64,000 bases of DNA from Bacteroidota bacterium (lineage in GTDB: Bacteria > Bacteroidota > Bacteroidia > Palsa-965), in the NCBI GenBank assembly GCA_003153435.1, contig PLYR01000145.1, positions 20,034 through 84,033 of the forward strand, in the 5' to 3' direction. The position numbers were made by a program, and so were the translations under genes. Shown here piece by piece: positions 48,712 to 58,392 of the stretch. Each line of letters opens with the position of its first letter. Position 1 is the first letter of the stretch. The notes under the pieces were generated by a model. It had not been told where the DNA came from. It was given only the letters and a program-made list of their open reading frames with translations, and ran no database searches.

Positions 48712-49160
48712 TTGATTACGTGTACTCCTACAATACTCGGAGTAACTATTACAAGAGTAGGAGTAACTATTACAATACTCGGAGTAACTATTACAAGAGT
48801 AAAAGTAACTCTTACAAGAGTAGGAGTTACTATTACTAGACTCGGAGTAACAATTACAAGAGTAAAAGTAACTTTTATAAGAGTAAAAGTAACTCTTACA
48901 ATTGTAGGAGTGACTTTTACAAGAGTAAGAGTAACTATTACTACACTCGGAGTAACAATTACAAGAGTAAAAGTAACTTTTACAGTAGTAAGGTGTACTC
49001 CTACAATACTCGGAGTAACTTTTACTATTGTAGGAGTAACTCCTACTACACTCGGAGTAACTATTACTATTGTAGGAGTACACCTTATTACTTCCGAAGT
49101 CACTTTTACAACATCGGAAGGTACTCTTACGAGCTTCGGAGCATCTCCGAAGCTACCCGG
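48712..49160. repeat. Tandem array of about 21 copies of a 21-bp unit. The consensus is approximately TAACTATTACAAGAGTAGGAG, with variable 3' heptamers CTCGGAG, GTAGGAG and GTAAAAG.
   Basis: The period is directly visible. Two frames on each strand are free of stops. This yields heptad translations VTITRVG (+) or TPTLVIV / YSYNSKS (-). It accounts for four overlapping predicted ORFs at 48651-49505. Confidence 0.8.
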
Positions 49161-49234
49161 AAGGAGTCTATTCGAAAAATGATGCGCTCCTGGTCTATAA
49201 GTTTGATTACCAATAAAGAAGAGAGGAACTTCTA

Positions 49235-49444
49235 CTACATTTTCTTTAAAAAGCAGGTTTTCAACACCATATGTGTTTTCTCAACCCGTCCTTCAATCTC
49301 TTCTTCACTGTCGGTAAGTTTGATGTTCTTAACCACTGTCCCACGTTTGATGATACCGGAACCACCCTTGACCTTTAAATCTTTAATAACCGATACTGAA
49401 TCGCCCTCGCTGAGAAGGGTTCCGTTGCTGTCTTTTACATCCAT
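49235..49444 (-). CDS. PhnA/YjdC C-terminal domain protein, lacking the Zn-ribbon
   Basis: VKDSNGTLLSEGDSVSVIKDLKVKGGSGIIKRGTVVKNIKL aligns with the C-terminal half of E. coli PhnA (YjdC) (VKDANGN.L.DGDSVT.IKDLKVKGSS...G.KVKNIRL). Confidence 0.6.
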   Translation of the reverse strand: MDVKDSNGTLLSEGDSVSVIKDLKVKGGSGIIKRGTVVKNIKLTDSEEEIEGRVEKTHMVLKTCFLKKM

Positions 49445-49538
49445 GAGTTGGGGTGCTTTTGAATTATTAGATTGTAAATATACTTTTTTACACGTTTCAT
49501 CCTAAATACACTATTAGGAAGCAATTGATTTTCGACCC

Positions 49539-50978
49539 CTATTTCTGAACCACACTGAGCTTCAGGACCTGGTTATGGCCATCATGGGTTAGCAGTACAA
49601 AATAAACACCGCTGGCCTGATCGGACATTTGCAGTAAGATTGTATCGGATCCTCTGGCTATATAAGCAGAAATAGATTCGCCCAGGCAATTGTATATCCT
49701 GACTTCATCTAATGGATTTGTATTTCTGATCTGAAAACTCCCATCAACTGAAGGGTTCGGGAAAATGAAAACTTGCTTAATTGAAGTCATCTCCAGAATT
49801 CCTGTATTCAGAGGTTGCGATTTGAACTGAATTTCATCAATTTTCAGATCAGAGCCTACATAGGTGAGAGAAGAATCCTGCCAGGATGAGGAGCCAATCT
49901 GAACAATAACAGAATCCGGGGTTTGGCCAAGCTGCAGTGGTATTTCAACATAAGTGTAACTTGCTGAAGCATGCAGGTTTTTCCCCATACTGAAAATCGA
50001 AGAGCCATTTTTCTTAAACTGGAGACTCAGGTTTGCGCTGTCATTTCCTGAAGGAATATATTTATAGTAAAAGGACAATGTATCTGTCATATTTGTGAAA
50101 GGATAACCGCCTTTCCATATGCAGTTGTTTCCACTACAAAAGCCTGTACTTACCTGACCGGGTGCTGCCACAACAGTATTATTGTTATTACCCAAATAGG
50201 TTTTCAATTCCAATGCGTAATTGCCTTTTGCAGCATCGGTAGTCCGATAAATGCCATCACCCTGATCGTCGGTATTGAGATACCAGCTGTTGGGGCTATT
50301 AATTGTTTTGCTCTGCCAGAGTTCGAAATCCCCATTCATGAGTGCTGGTTGCGAAGTTACTCCGGTGAAGGAAACACTGTCTATCTGCAGCATGCTTCCA
50401 TTCAAGGGGAGGTTCTTGTTCATAAAATCGCTTGAAGCTGCGGCAAAGATTACCGTATCGGGAGTTACGGTGAGTGCCGGACTAAACGTGAAGGCAAAAG
50501 GGGTATAAGATCCGTGTGTACCGTATAGGGCGAAAACATATGCCCCAATTGGATGTCCGCCTGATTTGAAATAAGCCAGAATCCTGGCTGTATCGCCTGC
50601 AGGCACTGTCGATTTATAATAACCCCTGATACCATGTGGTTTTTGGGTGTAAGGCATGCCGCCTGGCCAAAAGGAGGTGGGACTGCCATTCGGAAATCCG
50701 CTGATGAAATAGCCTGTGCATGCATTATTTCCGGAACCTATCGTAGTTAGTTTTACCGCGGTTGCACCGTGGTAAGCATCGGTAGTCTTCACACAATTAA
50801 ATCCCGAATTACATCTAATTACTGCCGAAGGATTTGAGGTGGTTGGATAATTTTGTGGATAATCAAAAACTGCCGTATTCCAGTTTTCGAAACTCCCGTT
50901 AGGGATCGCATTTTGCGATAATGCCAGGTTGCTGAGTAAACAGCAGGAAGCCGCGAGTAAGTATAGATTTGTTTTCAT
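49539..50978 (-). CDS. Secreted protein with a T9SS type-A C-terminal sorting domain. The N-terminal roughly 390 aa have no known function.
   Basis: It has a signal peptide. The C-terminal roughly 80 aa match the Por_Secre_tail pattern (FPNPS...Y.L.G......QAS.GVYFV..T.DG......KL...). There is no catalytic motif. Confidence 0.65.
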   Translation of the reverse strand: MKTNLYLLAASCCLLSNLALSQNAIPNGSFENWNTAVFDYPQNYPTTSNPSAVIRCNSGFNCVKTTDAYHGATAVKLTTIGSGNNACTGYFISGFPNGSPTSFWPGGMPYTQKPHGIRGYYKSTVPAGDTARILAYFKSGGHPIGAYVFALYGTHGSYTPFAFTFSPALTVTPDTVIFAAASSDFMNKNLPLNGSMLQIDSVSFTGVTSQPALMNGDFELWQSKTINSPNSWYLNTDDQGDGIYRTTDAAKGNYALELKTYLGNNNNTVVAAPGQVSTGFCSGNNCIWKGGYPFTNMTDTLSFYYKYIPSGNDSANLSLQFKKNGSSIFSMGKNLHASASYTYVEIPLQLGQTPDSVIVQIGSSSWQDSSLTYVGSDLKIDEIQFKSQPLNTGILEMTSIKQVFIFPNPSVDGSFQIRNTNPLDEVRIYNCLGESISAYIARGSDTILLQMSDQASGVYFVLLTHDGHNQVLKLSVVQK

Positions 50979-51263
50979 GTTTGGAGTTTTAATTGCGAAT
51001 GAGCAAAAGTGAGACTAACCAATCAATGAAACAATGATTGGGCTTAGTGTACCATCTGATTTTTGTCACCCGGGCCTTTTCGCGTTCTCCTTTGGAGTTA
51101 GGTAATCTGGTAAATGTCATTTTCAGATCTGATTTTGATCATCAATTTTGAGCTATAAATCCTGTTGATTTGCCTTATAAATGAATTCCGAAAGACGAAA
51201 GCAACAAAATCATCAATGTCCGAAGTTGTTTTTCCAAAGTATAGAGTTACATAATCAGGTTAA

Positions 51264-52676
<1,413 letters not shown>

Positions 52677-52842
52677 GTAATCAGCAGAAATATTTCAATT
52701 TAAGAACGATTTGTGTGCAACTATGACTAAAATCAGTATTTAGTAAGCAAAAAGAAGATAGTTTTGTCACCATAATAAAACAGAGGTTTAGATCTCTTTT
52801 AATCCAATGTTCTGTTTTTAGAAATGAAAACAATTTAATTAT

Positions 52843-53304
52843 ATGAAAACTATAAACCTACAGTTCGCGCTTAAGAGTCTTCTCGTTATTGGTGGAGCCA
52901 TAGTTCTGGGATCAGCGACCCTTAACACTGAGATAAAATCCAAGTCGATCGTATCCCCCGTAACAGGAGAATGGATAGCCCCCGCATCTGCTGATACGAT
53001 TAAGAACCCTTTGAAAGGTAATGCGGCTTCTATAGATGACGGAAAAAAACTATACGCAAAATTTTGTGTAGTCTGTCATGGAGAGAAGGGGAAAGGAGAT
53101 GGAGTTGCTGCTGCGGGTCTGACTCCTCGACCGGCAGACCACTCGTCGGAAAAAATTCAAAAGCAATCGGATGGAGCTCTTTTTTGGAAACTTACTACCG
53201 GACGTGCACCAATGGCCTCCTATAAACAATTCAGTGCCGAACAACGATGGGCTCTAGTTAACTTTATGCGTACTCTAAAAGCACCTGTTAAATCAAAAAA
53301 ATAA
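52843..53304 (+). CDS. Class I cytochrome c (periplasmic)
   Basis: It has a signal peptide. The haem motif is CVVCHGEKGKGDG. A Met ligand region (RAPMASY) follows. Confidence 0.6.
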   Translation: MKTINLQFALKSLLVIGGAIVLGSATLNTEIKSKSIVSPVTGEWIAPASADTIKNPLKGNAASIDDGKKLYAKFCVVCHGEKGKGDGVAAAGLTPRPADHSSEKIQKQSDGALFWKLTTGRAPMASYKQFSAEQRWALVNFMRTLKAPVKSKK

Positions 53305-53345
53305 AATTTCAGATCAGTTTAAATTTTATATCAAAGCACTTAATT

Positions 53346-53846
53346 ATGAATAAGAAAACATTCCTTCTGCTGGCAACCTTTTCGGTTTTATTGACTTTCG
53401 GTTGCTCTAATAATAATGGAACGGTTAATAAGGAAACTGTTAATACGGAAGCAGCACCAGATGTCAAACCTAAGACAGATTCATTAGTTGTTTCACCTGG
53501 TAACGCCAGCAAAGGTATCGGACGGTTTAAAGATGTTCAGTTGTCGCACCCAATTGATGCGGCAATGGCTTCTAAGGGACAATCAATTTTTGATGCAAAA
53601 TGTATGGCTTGCCATAAAACGGATGATGAAAAATTAGTCGGTCCAGGGTGGAAAGGTGTTACAGACAGGCATTCGCCAGAATGGCTAATGAATTTTATTA
53701 CAAATACCCAGGTAATGCTTGATAAGGATCTTACAGCCCAGCAGGAACTTGCTGTGTGTGTGGTCAGAATGCCGAATCAGGATCTAACCGATGAACAGGC
53801 ACGACAGATTTTGGAGTTTATGCGCCAAAATGATGGGAAAAAATAG
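53346..53846 (+). CDS. Cytochrome c lipoprotein
   Basis: The lipobox is LLTFGC. The haem motif is CMACHKTDDEKLVGP. It lies 40 bp downstream of the preceding cytochrome gene. Confidence 0.6.
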   Translation: MNKKTFLLLATFSVLLTFGCSNNNGTVNKETVNTEAAPDVKPKTDSLVVSPGNASKGIGRFKDVQLSHPIDAAMASKGQSIFDAKCMACHKTDDEKLVGPGWKGVTDRHSPEWLMNFITNTQVMLDKDLTAQQELAVCVVRMPNQDLTDEQARQILEFMRQNDGKK

Positions 53847-53860
53847 GAATACCTTGTTCT

Positions 53861-55222
53861 TTAAATGGTTTGACTCAATCGAACTTTATTGGATTCATTG
53901 TTCCGCATTCTTGCATCAAATGCCATGCAGATATTCCTGATAAAAGGTAAACCATTTTGAAGTATTTGAACACCATATTTCTCGGTTCTCAATAAACCAT
54001 CTTTTTCAAATTCCTTTAGTTCTTGAACAGTTCTTTCGAGAGTCTCAAACTGTTCATGTTCTTGTTCCCACGAAGTATAGCCATAGCACATAATGTTCAG
54101 AATGTGTTTCCGGAGAATAGTATCCTCTTTAGAAAGAAGATGCCCCTTGAAGAAAGGAAGGGTATTTTCATCGACTCTTTTGTAATAATCTTCTACTTTC
54201 TTCTCATTTTGTATAAATGCTGTCCACGAGTCGCTGATAGAGGAGACTCCCAGTCCGATAAGTAAACGGGTTGAATGGGAGTTATATCCCATAAAGTTCC
54301 GGTGAAGATGTTTCTCTATTTTGGCATGGTAGAGGCTATCCGTAGGCAGTGCAAAATGATCCATCCCAATTTCCTCGTACCCTTTCAGAGCAAGCATTTG
54401 CCGCCCTGTTTCATATAATTCAAGCTTCTCCTCATTTGCAGGAAGATCAGCTTCAGTAAATTTTCTTTGCCCGGGTTTTATCCAGGGTATGTGAGCGTAG
54501 CTGTAAAATGCAATTCTATCGGGTAGCAAAGTACTGACCTTCTCTATGGTTGTAATAATGCCAGCTTTCGTTTGTTTTGGAAGACCATAGATCAGATCAA
54601 AGTTAATAGATGTAAAACCTATTTTACGGCTCCAGTCGGTTAATCGTTTTACATGTTCAAAAGGTTGTACCCTGTTTACTATTTCCTGCACAACAGGATC
54701 AAAATCCTGAACACCAATACTTATTCTCTTAAAGCCAAGTGCATATAATGTTTTCAAATGTTCTTCCGTAGTATTATTTGGATGTGCCTCAAAGCTAAAT
54801 TCACTTTCAGGGCATCTGGTAGCGGATGAAAGGATGCTATGGATAAGCATTTGCAGATTTTCAGGGCTGAAAAACGTCGGAGTTCCACCACCCAGATGAA
54901 GTTCTTTTATCCGCGGTTTTTCCTCAAACAGTTCAAGATATAGCGCCCATTCTTTAAGAACAGCATTAATATACATCTTCTCTACTGCATGGTTCACTGT
55001 GATACGGGTATTACAGCCACAATACGTACAAAGACTCTCGCAAAAGGGCAAATGAATATATATACTAATACCTTCCTTACTGTTTGTTTTCTGGAAAGTA
55101 AATTTTACTTCATTTTCCCATTCACTTTTGGAAGGAGGTTCGGTCCAAAATGGAACCGTTGGGTAACTGGTATACCTAGGCCCTGGAATATTGTATTTGG
55201 AAAAAAGATTTTTTACTGGCAT
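53861..55222 (-). CDS. hemN: Oxygen-independent coproporphyrinogen III oxidase (radical SAM)
   Basis: It has the radical-SAM CxxxCxYC motif (CESLCTYCGC). The HemN N- and C-domains are present. It is 453 aa. Confidence 0.8.
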   Translation of the reverse strand: MPVKNLFSKYNIPGPRYTSYPTVPFWTEPPSKSEWENEVKFTFQKTNSKEGISIYIHLPFCESLCTYCGCNTRITVNHAVEKMYINAVLKEWALYLELFEEKPRIKELHLGGGTPTFFSPENLQMLIHSILSSATRCPESEFSFEAHPNNTTEEHLKTLYALGFKRISIGVQDFDPVVQEIVNRVQPFEHVKRLTDWSRKIGFTSINFDLIYGLPKQTKAGIITTIEKVSTLLPDRIAFYSYAHIPWIKPGQRKFTEADLPANEEKLELYETGRQMLALKGYEEIGMDHFALPTDSLYHAKIEKHLHRNFMGYNSHSTRLLIGLGVSSISDSWTAFIQNEKKVEDYYKRVDENTLPFFKGHLLSKEDTILRKHILNIMCYGYTSWEQEHEQFETLERTVQELKEFEKDGLLRTEKYGVQILQNGLPFIRNICMAFDARMRNNESNKVRLSQTI

Positions 55223-55256
55223 AGATACAAAAGTATGGTGAGCTTAGAAGAGCATT

Positions 55257-55272
55257 CATGACTTTTGTCATG
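55257..55272. promoter_or_regulatory. Perfect 16-bp palindrome CATGAC-TTTT-GTCATG (TGAC-N4-GTCA core). It is a CRP/FNR/Dnr-type site upstream of hemN.
   Basis: Its centre is about 42 bp upstream of the hemN start codon. Both arms are fully complementary. Confidence 0.35.
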
Positions 55273-55363
55273 AGCTCACATGACCTTGAAGATCATAGCA
55301 ATGTCGGTTGCCATATGAATCGGGGTGGAAGGGTACTAGTATACGCAAATAAGATGTAGCCTT

Positions 55364-55987
55364 CTAAGCAATTTCTCTTCCAGGAGTAAACAGGATTTCA
55401 AAATCCTTTTGAAGGGAGATTCCTTTATCTTGCGAATACCAAAGATGAAGGTTATTGAGAAATTCCTCATGTAAAACATCCGGTTTCTTTGCTTTAAACT
55501 CTTTTACCAATTGTTGAATAAGAGAAGATCTCGGGCCCCAGCTGGCTATCTGGCGACCAGACTCCCTTTCAATACAGATCAATTTTGGAATTGAACGTGA
55601 GCCGTTGGTTAAATAGTTATCCATTAGATCCAAATTTTGATCTCTGAGCAGGATCCGGAGTTCAATATTTTTAGAATAAGAGGCAATATTTGCAATTATG
55701 GGAATATTTTGCGCCCCATCTCCGCACCAGGATTCCGCGAAAAGCACCCATACTTGAGGAGTGCTTATGGCGCTAATATTTCTGATTAGTTTCTGATTTG
55801 AAATCCCTTGTTTTGAAATACGCTTCATGCGTGTTGCGTTTAATCTTGTGGCTGCAATCCGTTCTACGGGTTGGTCTTTACCTGTTGTCAGTCCATATTC
55901 GGCGCACATCACTACAAGATCGCTGTATTCCTCATAAGGGTAGGAAATTTTATTTTCAATTTTATTTAAAGTTGCGGATGGGCTCAT
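55364..55987 (-). CDS. Thioredoxin-fold protein with a WCGDG (CxxC-like) motif
   Basis: It has VLFAESWCGDGAQN. The start is placed at the internal ATG (MSPSATL) at 55987. It is 208 aa. Confidence 0.45.
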   Translation of the reverse strand: MSPSATLNKIENKISYPYEEYSDLVVMCAEYGLTTGKDQPVERIAATRLNATRMKRISKQGISNQKLIRNISAISTPQVWVLFAESWCGDGAQNIPIIANIASYSKNIELRILLRDQNLDLMDNYLTNGSRSIPKLICIERESGRQIASWGPRSSLIQQLVKEFKAKKPDVLHEEFLNNLHLWYSQDKGISLQKDFEILFTPGREIA

Positions 55988-56066
55988 GTCGAATAGATTA
56001 TTTAGACAAATGAACTCAAAAGACAGCCTCCATACTATGAGGATGCTCATAGTATGGAACTATTTG

Positions 56067-56831
56067 CTAATCGGTCAGATTTGCAATTTCGATTAACTCC
56101 TGAAGATTGATGATTTTTATTTTTTTCCCTATAAGGTCAATGTATTTTCTTTTTTTGAGGTCCGAAAGGGTACGAATAGCTGTTTCAGTAGTTGTTCCTG
56201 CAATGTTTGCTATGTTTTCCCGGGTGATTTTAGAATTTAGGGTGCAACCATCTGCTTCACACCCAAAAAAATCTTTCAACATTAGAATTGTTTCAGCAAT
56301 TCTTTCATGAACATTTTTTTGGGCAAGGTCCATCGCTTTCTGCTCCGCTGATTTCAGATCAGATGACAATAATCGCATGATTTGCGATATGACCAGTGGA
56401 TTTGTTACAATCAGGTTTTGATAAGTCGCTTTAGGAAAGAAACAAATAGTGGAGTCCTCCAGGGCAGTTGCAGAAGCATGATAGCAATCATCGCTTAGGA
56501 GGGCTCTATAACCTATTACCTGACCTTTTTTAGCAAGCCTTAATATCTGATCTTTCCCGTCATGGCCAAGTTTGTGTATTTTTACCTTTCCCGAGTAGAT
56601 ACAATGCAATCCGAGGGGATGATTGCGTTCAAAAAATATGACTTGGCCTTTTTTATAGGTATTGAACGATTTTGAGTGAGAAAGTTCTTGTAAATCAAGT
56701 TTGCTCAAGGCACAGAAAATAGAATCTTTGGCGCTATCACACTTCTCACACGGTGTAGCTTCGTAAAGTGTTCTTGATGAAATGTTCATGGTGTTTGAAA
56801 TAGGTTGAGTGAAGATCCAACTATTGCTCAT
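56067..56831 (-). CDS. CRP/FNR-family transcription regulator with an N-terminal Cys cluster (FNR-like, putative Fe-S oxygen sensor)
   Basis: The N-terminus is ..TPCEKCDSAKDSIFC.. The cNMP-like beta-roll follows. The C-terminal HTH is RENIANIAGTTTETAIRTL. An alternative ATG lies at 56789. Confidence 0.7.
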   Translation of the reverse strand: MSNSWIFTQPISNTMNISSRTLYEATPCEKCDSAKDSIFCALSKLDLQELSHSKSFNTYKKGQVIFFERNHPLGLHCIYSGKVKIHKLGHDGKDQILRLAKKGQVIGYRALLSDDCYHASATALEDSTICFFPKATYQNLIVTNPLVISQIMRLLSSDLKSAEQKAMDLAQKNVHERIAETILMLKDFFGCEADGCTLNSKITRENIANIAGTTTETAIRTLSDLKKRKYIDLIGKKIKIINLQELIEIANLTD

Positions 56832-56840
56832 ACTATTAAA

Positions 56841-56852
56841 TGACGAAGATCA
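56841..56852. promoter_or_regulatory. Candidate FNR box TGAC-GAAG-ATCA in the fnr / nnrS-like divergent intergenic region
   Basis: It matches TTGAT-N4-ATCAA with one arm mismatch. It lies 49 bp upstream of the ATG at 56901. Confidence 0.3.
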
Positions 56853-56900
56853 TATTGAGAACTGAGGTTTTCAGCATATTTGTGGAAGATTTGAAAGAAA

Positions 56901-58154
56901 TTGTTCTGTATGGCAGATAAGGAGATAAGGAGAAGGAAAAACTTTTGGCTTGCGATAGTCCTGTTTAATCTGGTTGTCGTGGCATTGTTAGGCGCTCTTT
57001 TAAGAAGTAAGAGCCTCTTTCCAATAAAATTTCTTAACTATAAGAACATTCTAAATGCGCACTCCAATTTTGCTTTCGCCGGTTGGCTCACATTAGTCAT
57101 ATTTGTTCTTCTCGTTTATGAGGTTCTTCCCAAAGAGAAAGCAGGAAAATTAATTTACCAACGACTGTTTGGAGGAATCTTAATTTGCGCATCTGGGATG
57201 CTTTTAAGTTTTCCTTTTCAAGGGTATGGTTTTTATTCCATATTATTTTCCACGTTATTTATCCTTGTGACTTATGTGTTTTGTTATGTGTTTATCAAGG
57301 ATGTATTGGCTGTCAAACCTGGTAAGGCTGTTACAATTCTAGTTGTGGGTGCTTTACTTTGTTTAGCCCTTTCTTCACTTGGAGCTTTTAATATCGTATA
57401 CCTTATTCGATCACATTCAAAAGATACATTCTTATATCAGGATTCTGTTTACACGTATCTACATCTACAGTACAATGGATTTTTCAGCCTTTCTGTTTTT
57501 GGGTTAATGGTTAACAAATATGTTCGGAATATCAAAACCGATATCAATAATAAAGATGTCCGTTTTGCGAGAATGGCTGTAATTGCAGTTCTGCCTACTA
57601 TGTTTCTAACATTTCTCTGGCATTACCCAAACCCATTCGTGCATATTGTTGCAAGTGCGGGATGGATCTGTCTATTACTTTCTCTTTTTTGGTTGATCGG
57701 TTTGTTGCGTAGCCTCAAAGAACAAATATTGGGTTTACCGCGAATTATAAAGATACTTCTGTTATTTTCTCTGCTTTCTTTCGGAATTAAAGTGATCATG
57801 CAGGGTGGATTAGCCATATCGACTGTTGGTGATATGGTTTTTTCTGACCGGCCAATTATTATTGGCTATCTACACCTGGTTTTACTGGGATTTGTGTCAT
57901 TGTATCTGCTCAGTCACGTATGCGCTTCCGATTCAGCAAACGTTAAAAGTAGGTTATCTAAAAGCGCAATTCTTGTGTTTTTGTTTGCAGTCATAATCAA
58001 CGAGGCCATTCTTATTACACAAGGAATATGTGCTTTCTTTGTGTTTGGAAGCTCCATATTTCAGTGGTTATTATGGGGCGCTGCGATTTGTCTCTTTGTT
58101 GGAGCCCTGCTGATGTTTGTTTCATTTATTAGGTCCCGTGACCGTTTAGTATAA
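56901..58154 (+). CDS. Polytopic membrane protein (about 12 TM), possibly NnrS-family (NO-response haem-copper membrane protein)
   Basis: It is 417 aa with about 12 hydrophobic helices. Conserved His sit in the TM segments. It is next to the FNR-like gene and hemN. The family assignment is by context and is weak. Confidence 0.35.
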   Translation: MFCMADKEIRRRKNFWLAIVLFNLVVVALLGALLRSKSLFPIKFLNYKNILNAHSNFAFAGWLTLVIFVLLVYEVLPKEKAGKLIYQRLFGGILICASGMLLSFPFQGYGFYSILFSTLFILVTYVFCYVFIKDVLAVKPGKAVTILVVGALLCLALSSLGAFNIVYLIRSHSKDTFLYQDSVYTYLHLQYNGFFSLSVFGLMVNKYVRNIKTDINNKDVRFARMAVIAVLPTMFLTFLWHYPNPFVHIVASAGWICLLLSLFWLIGLLRSLKEQILGLPRIIKILLLFSLLSFGIKVIMQGGLAISTVGDMVFSDRPIIIGYLHLVLLGFVSLYLLSHVCASDSANVKSRLSKSAILVFLFAVIINEAILITQGICAFFVFGSSIFQWLLWGAAICLFVGALLMFVSFIRSRDRLV

Positions 58155-58392
58155 AAGAGATTGTTAAACGGGAATATGGACCGGCTTTCGGGAATTATAT
58201 GAAAGAAATAGCAAAAGCAAGCATTGCAATGCCGCATAGGAAGGAGAAGAAAATAAGGCGAAAGGCAAATACATAACTTGACTGAGCATTCATATGGATG
58301 CTTCTGATCAGCGAAACAATGAATAAGGCAGCCAAGAGCCATACTATTAGGAAGAAAACAGTCAATGTATTATGATTTACTTAAAGTAGTAC

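Noticed and set aside
48712-49160. Possible CRISPR array, because of regular short direct repeats
   Set aside because: The repeats are contiguous with no interspersed unique spacers, and the unit is 21 bp with degenerate copies. This is a minisatellite or coding heptad repeat, not a CRISPR locus. No cas genes are nearby.
48651-49505. Four overlapping predicted proteins (48651-49103 -, 48664-49083 -, 48712-49182 +, 48993-49505 +)
   Set aside because: All are produced by the same stop-free 21-bp tandem repeat. At most one can be real. The last one also runs antisense through the well-supported PhnA-domain gene. They are reported as a repeat feature instead.
58061-58342. 93-aa Cys-rich ORF on the minus strand overlapping the end of the NnrS-like gene
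   Set aside because: It overlaps the 3' end of a convincing 12-TM gene on the opposite strand. Its composition (C/F/L-rich) is typical of antisense translation of a membrane gene.
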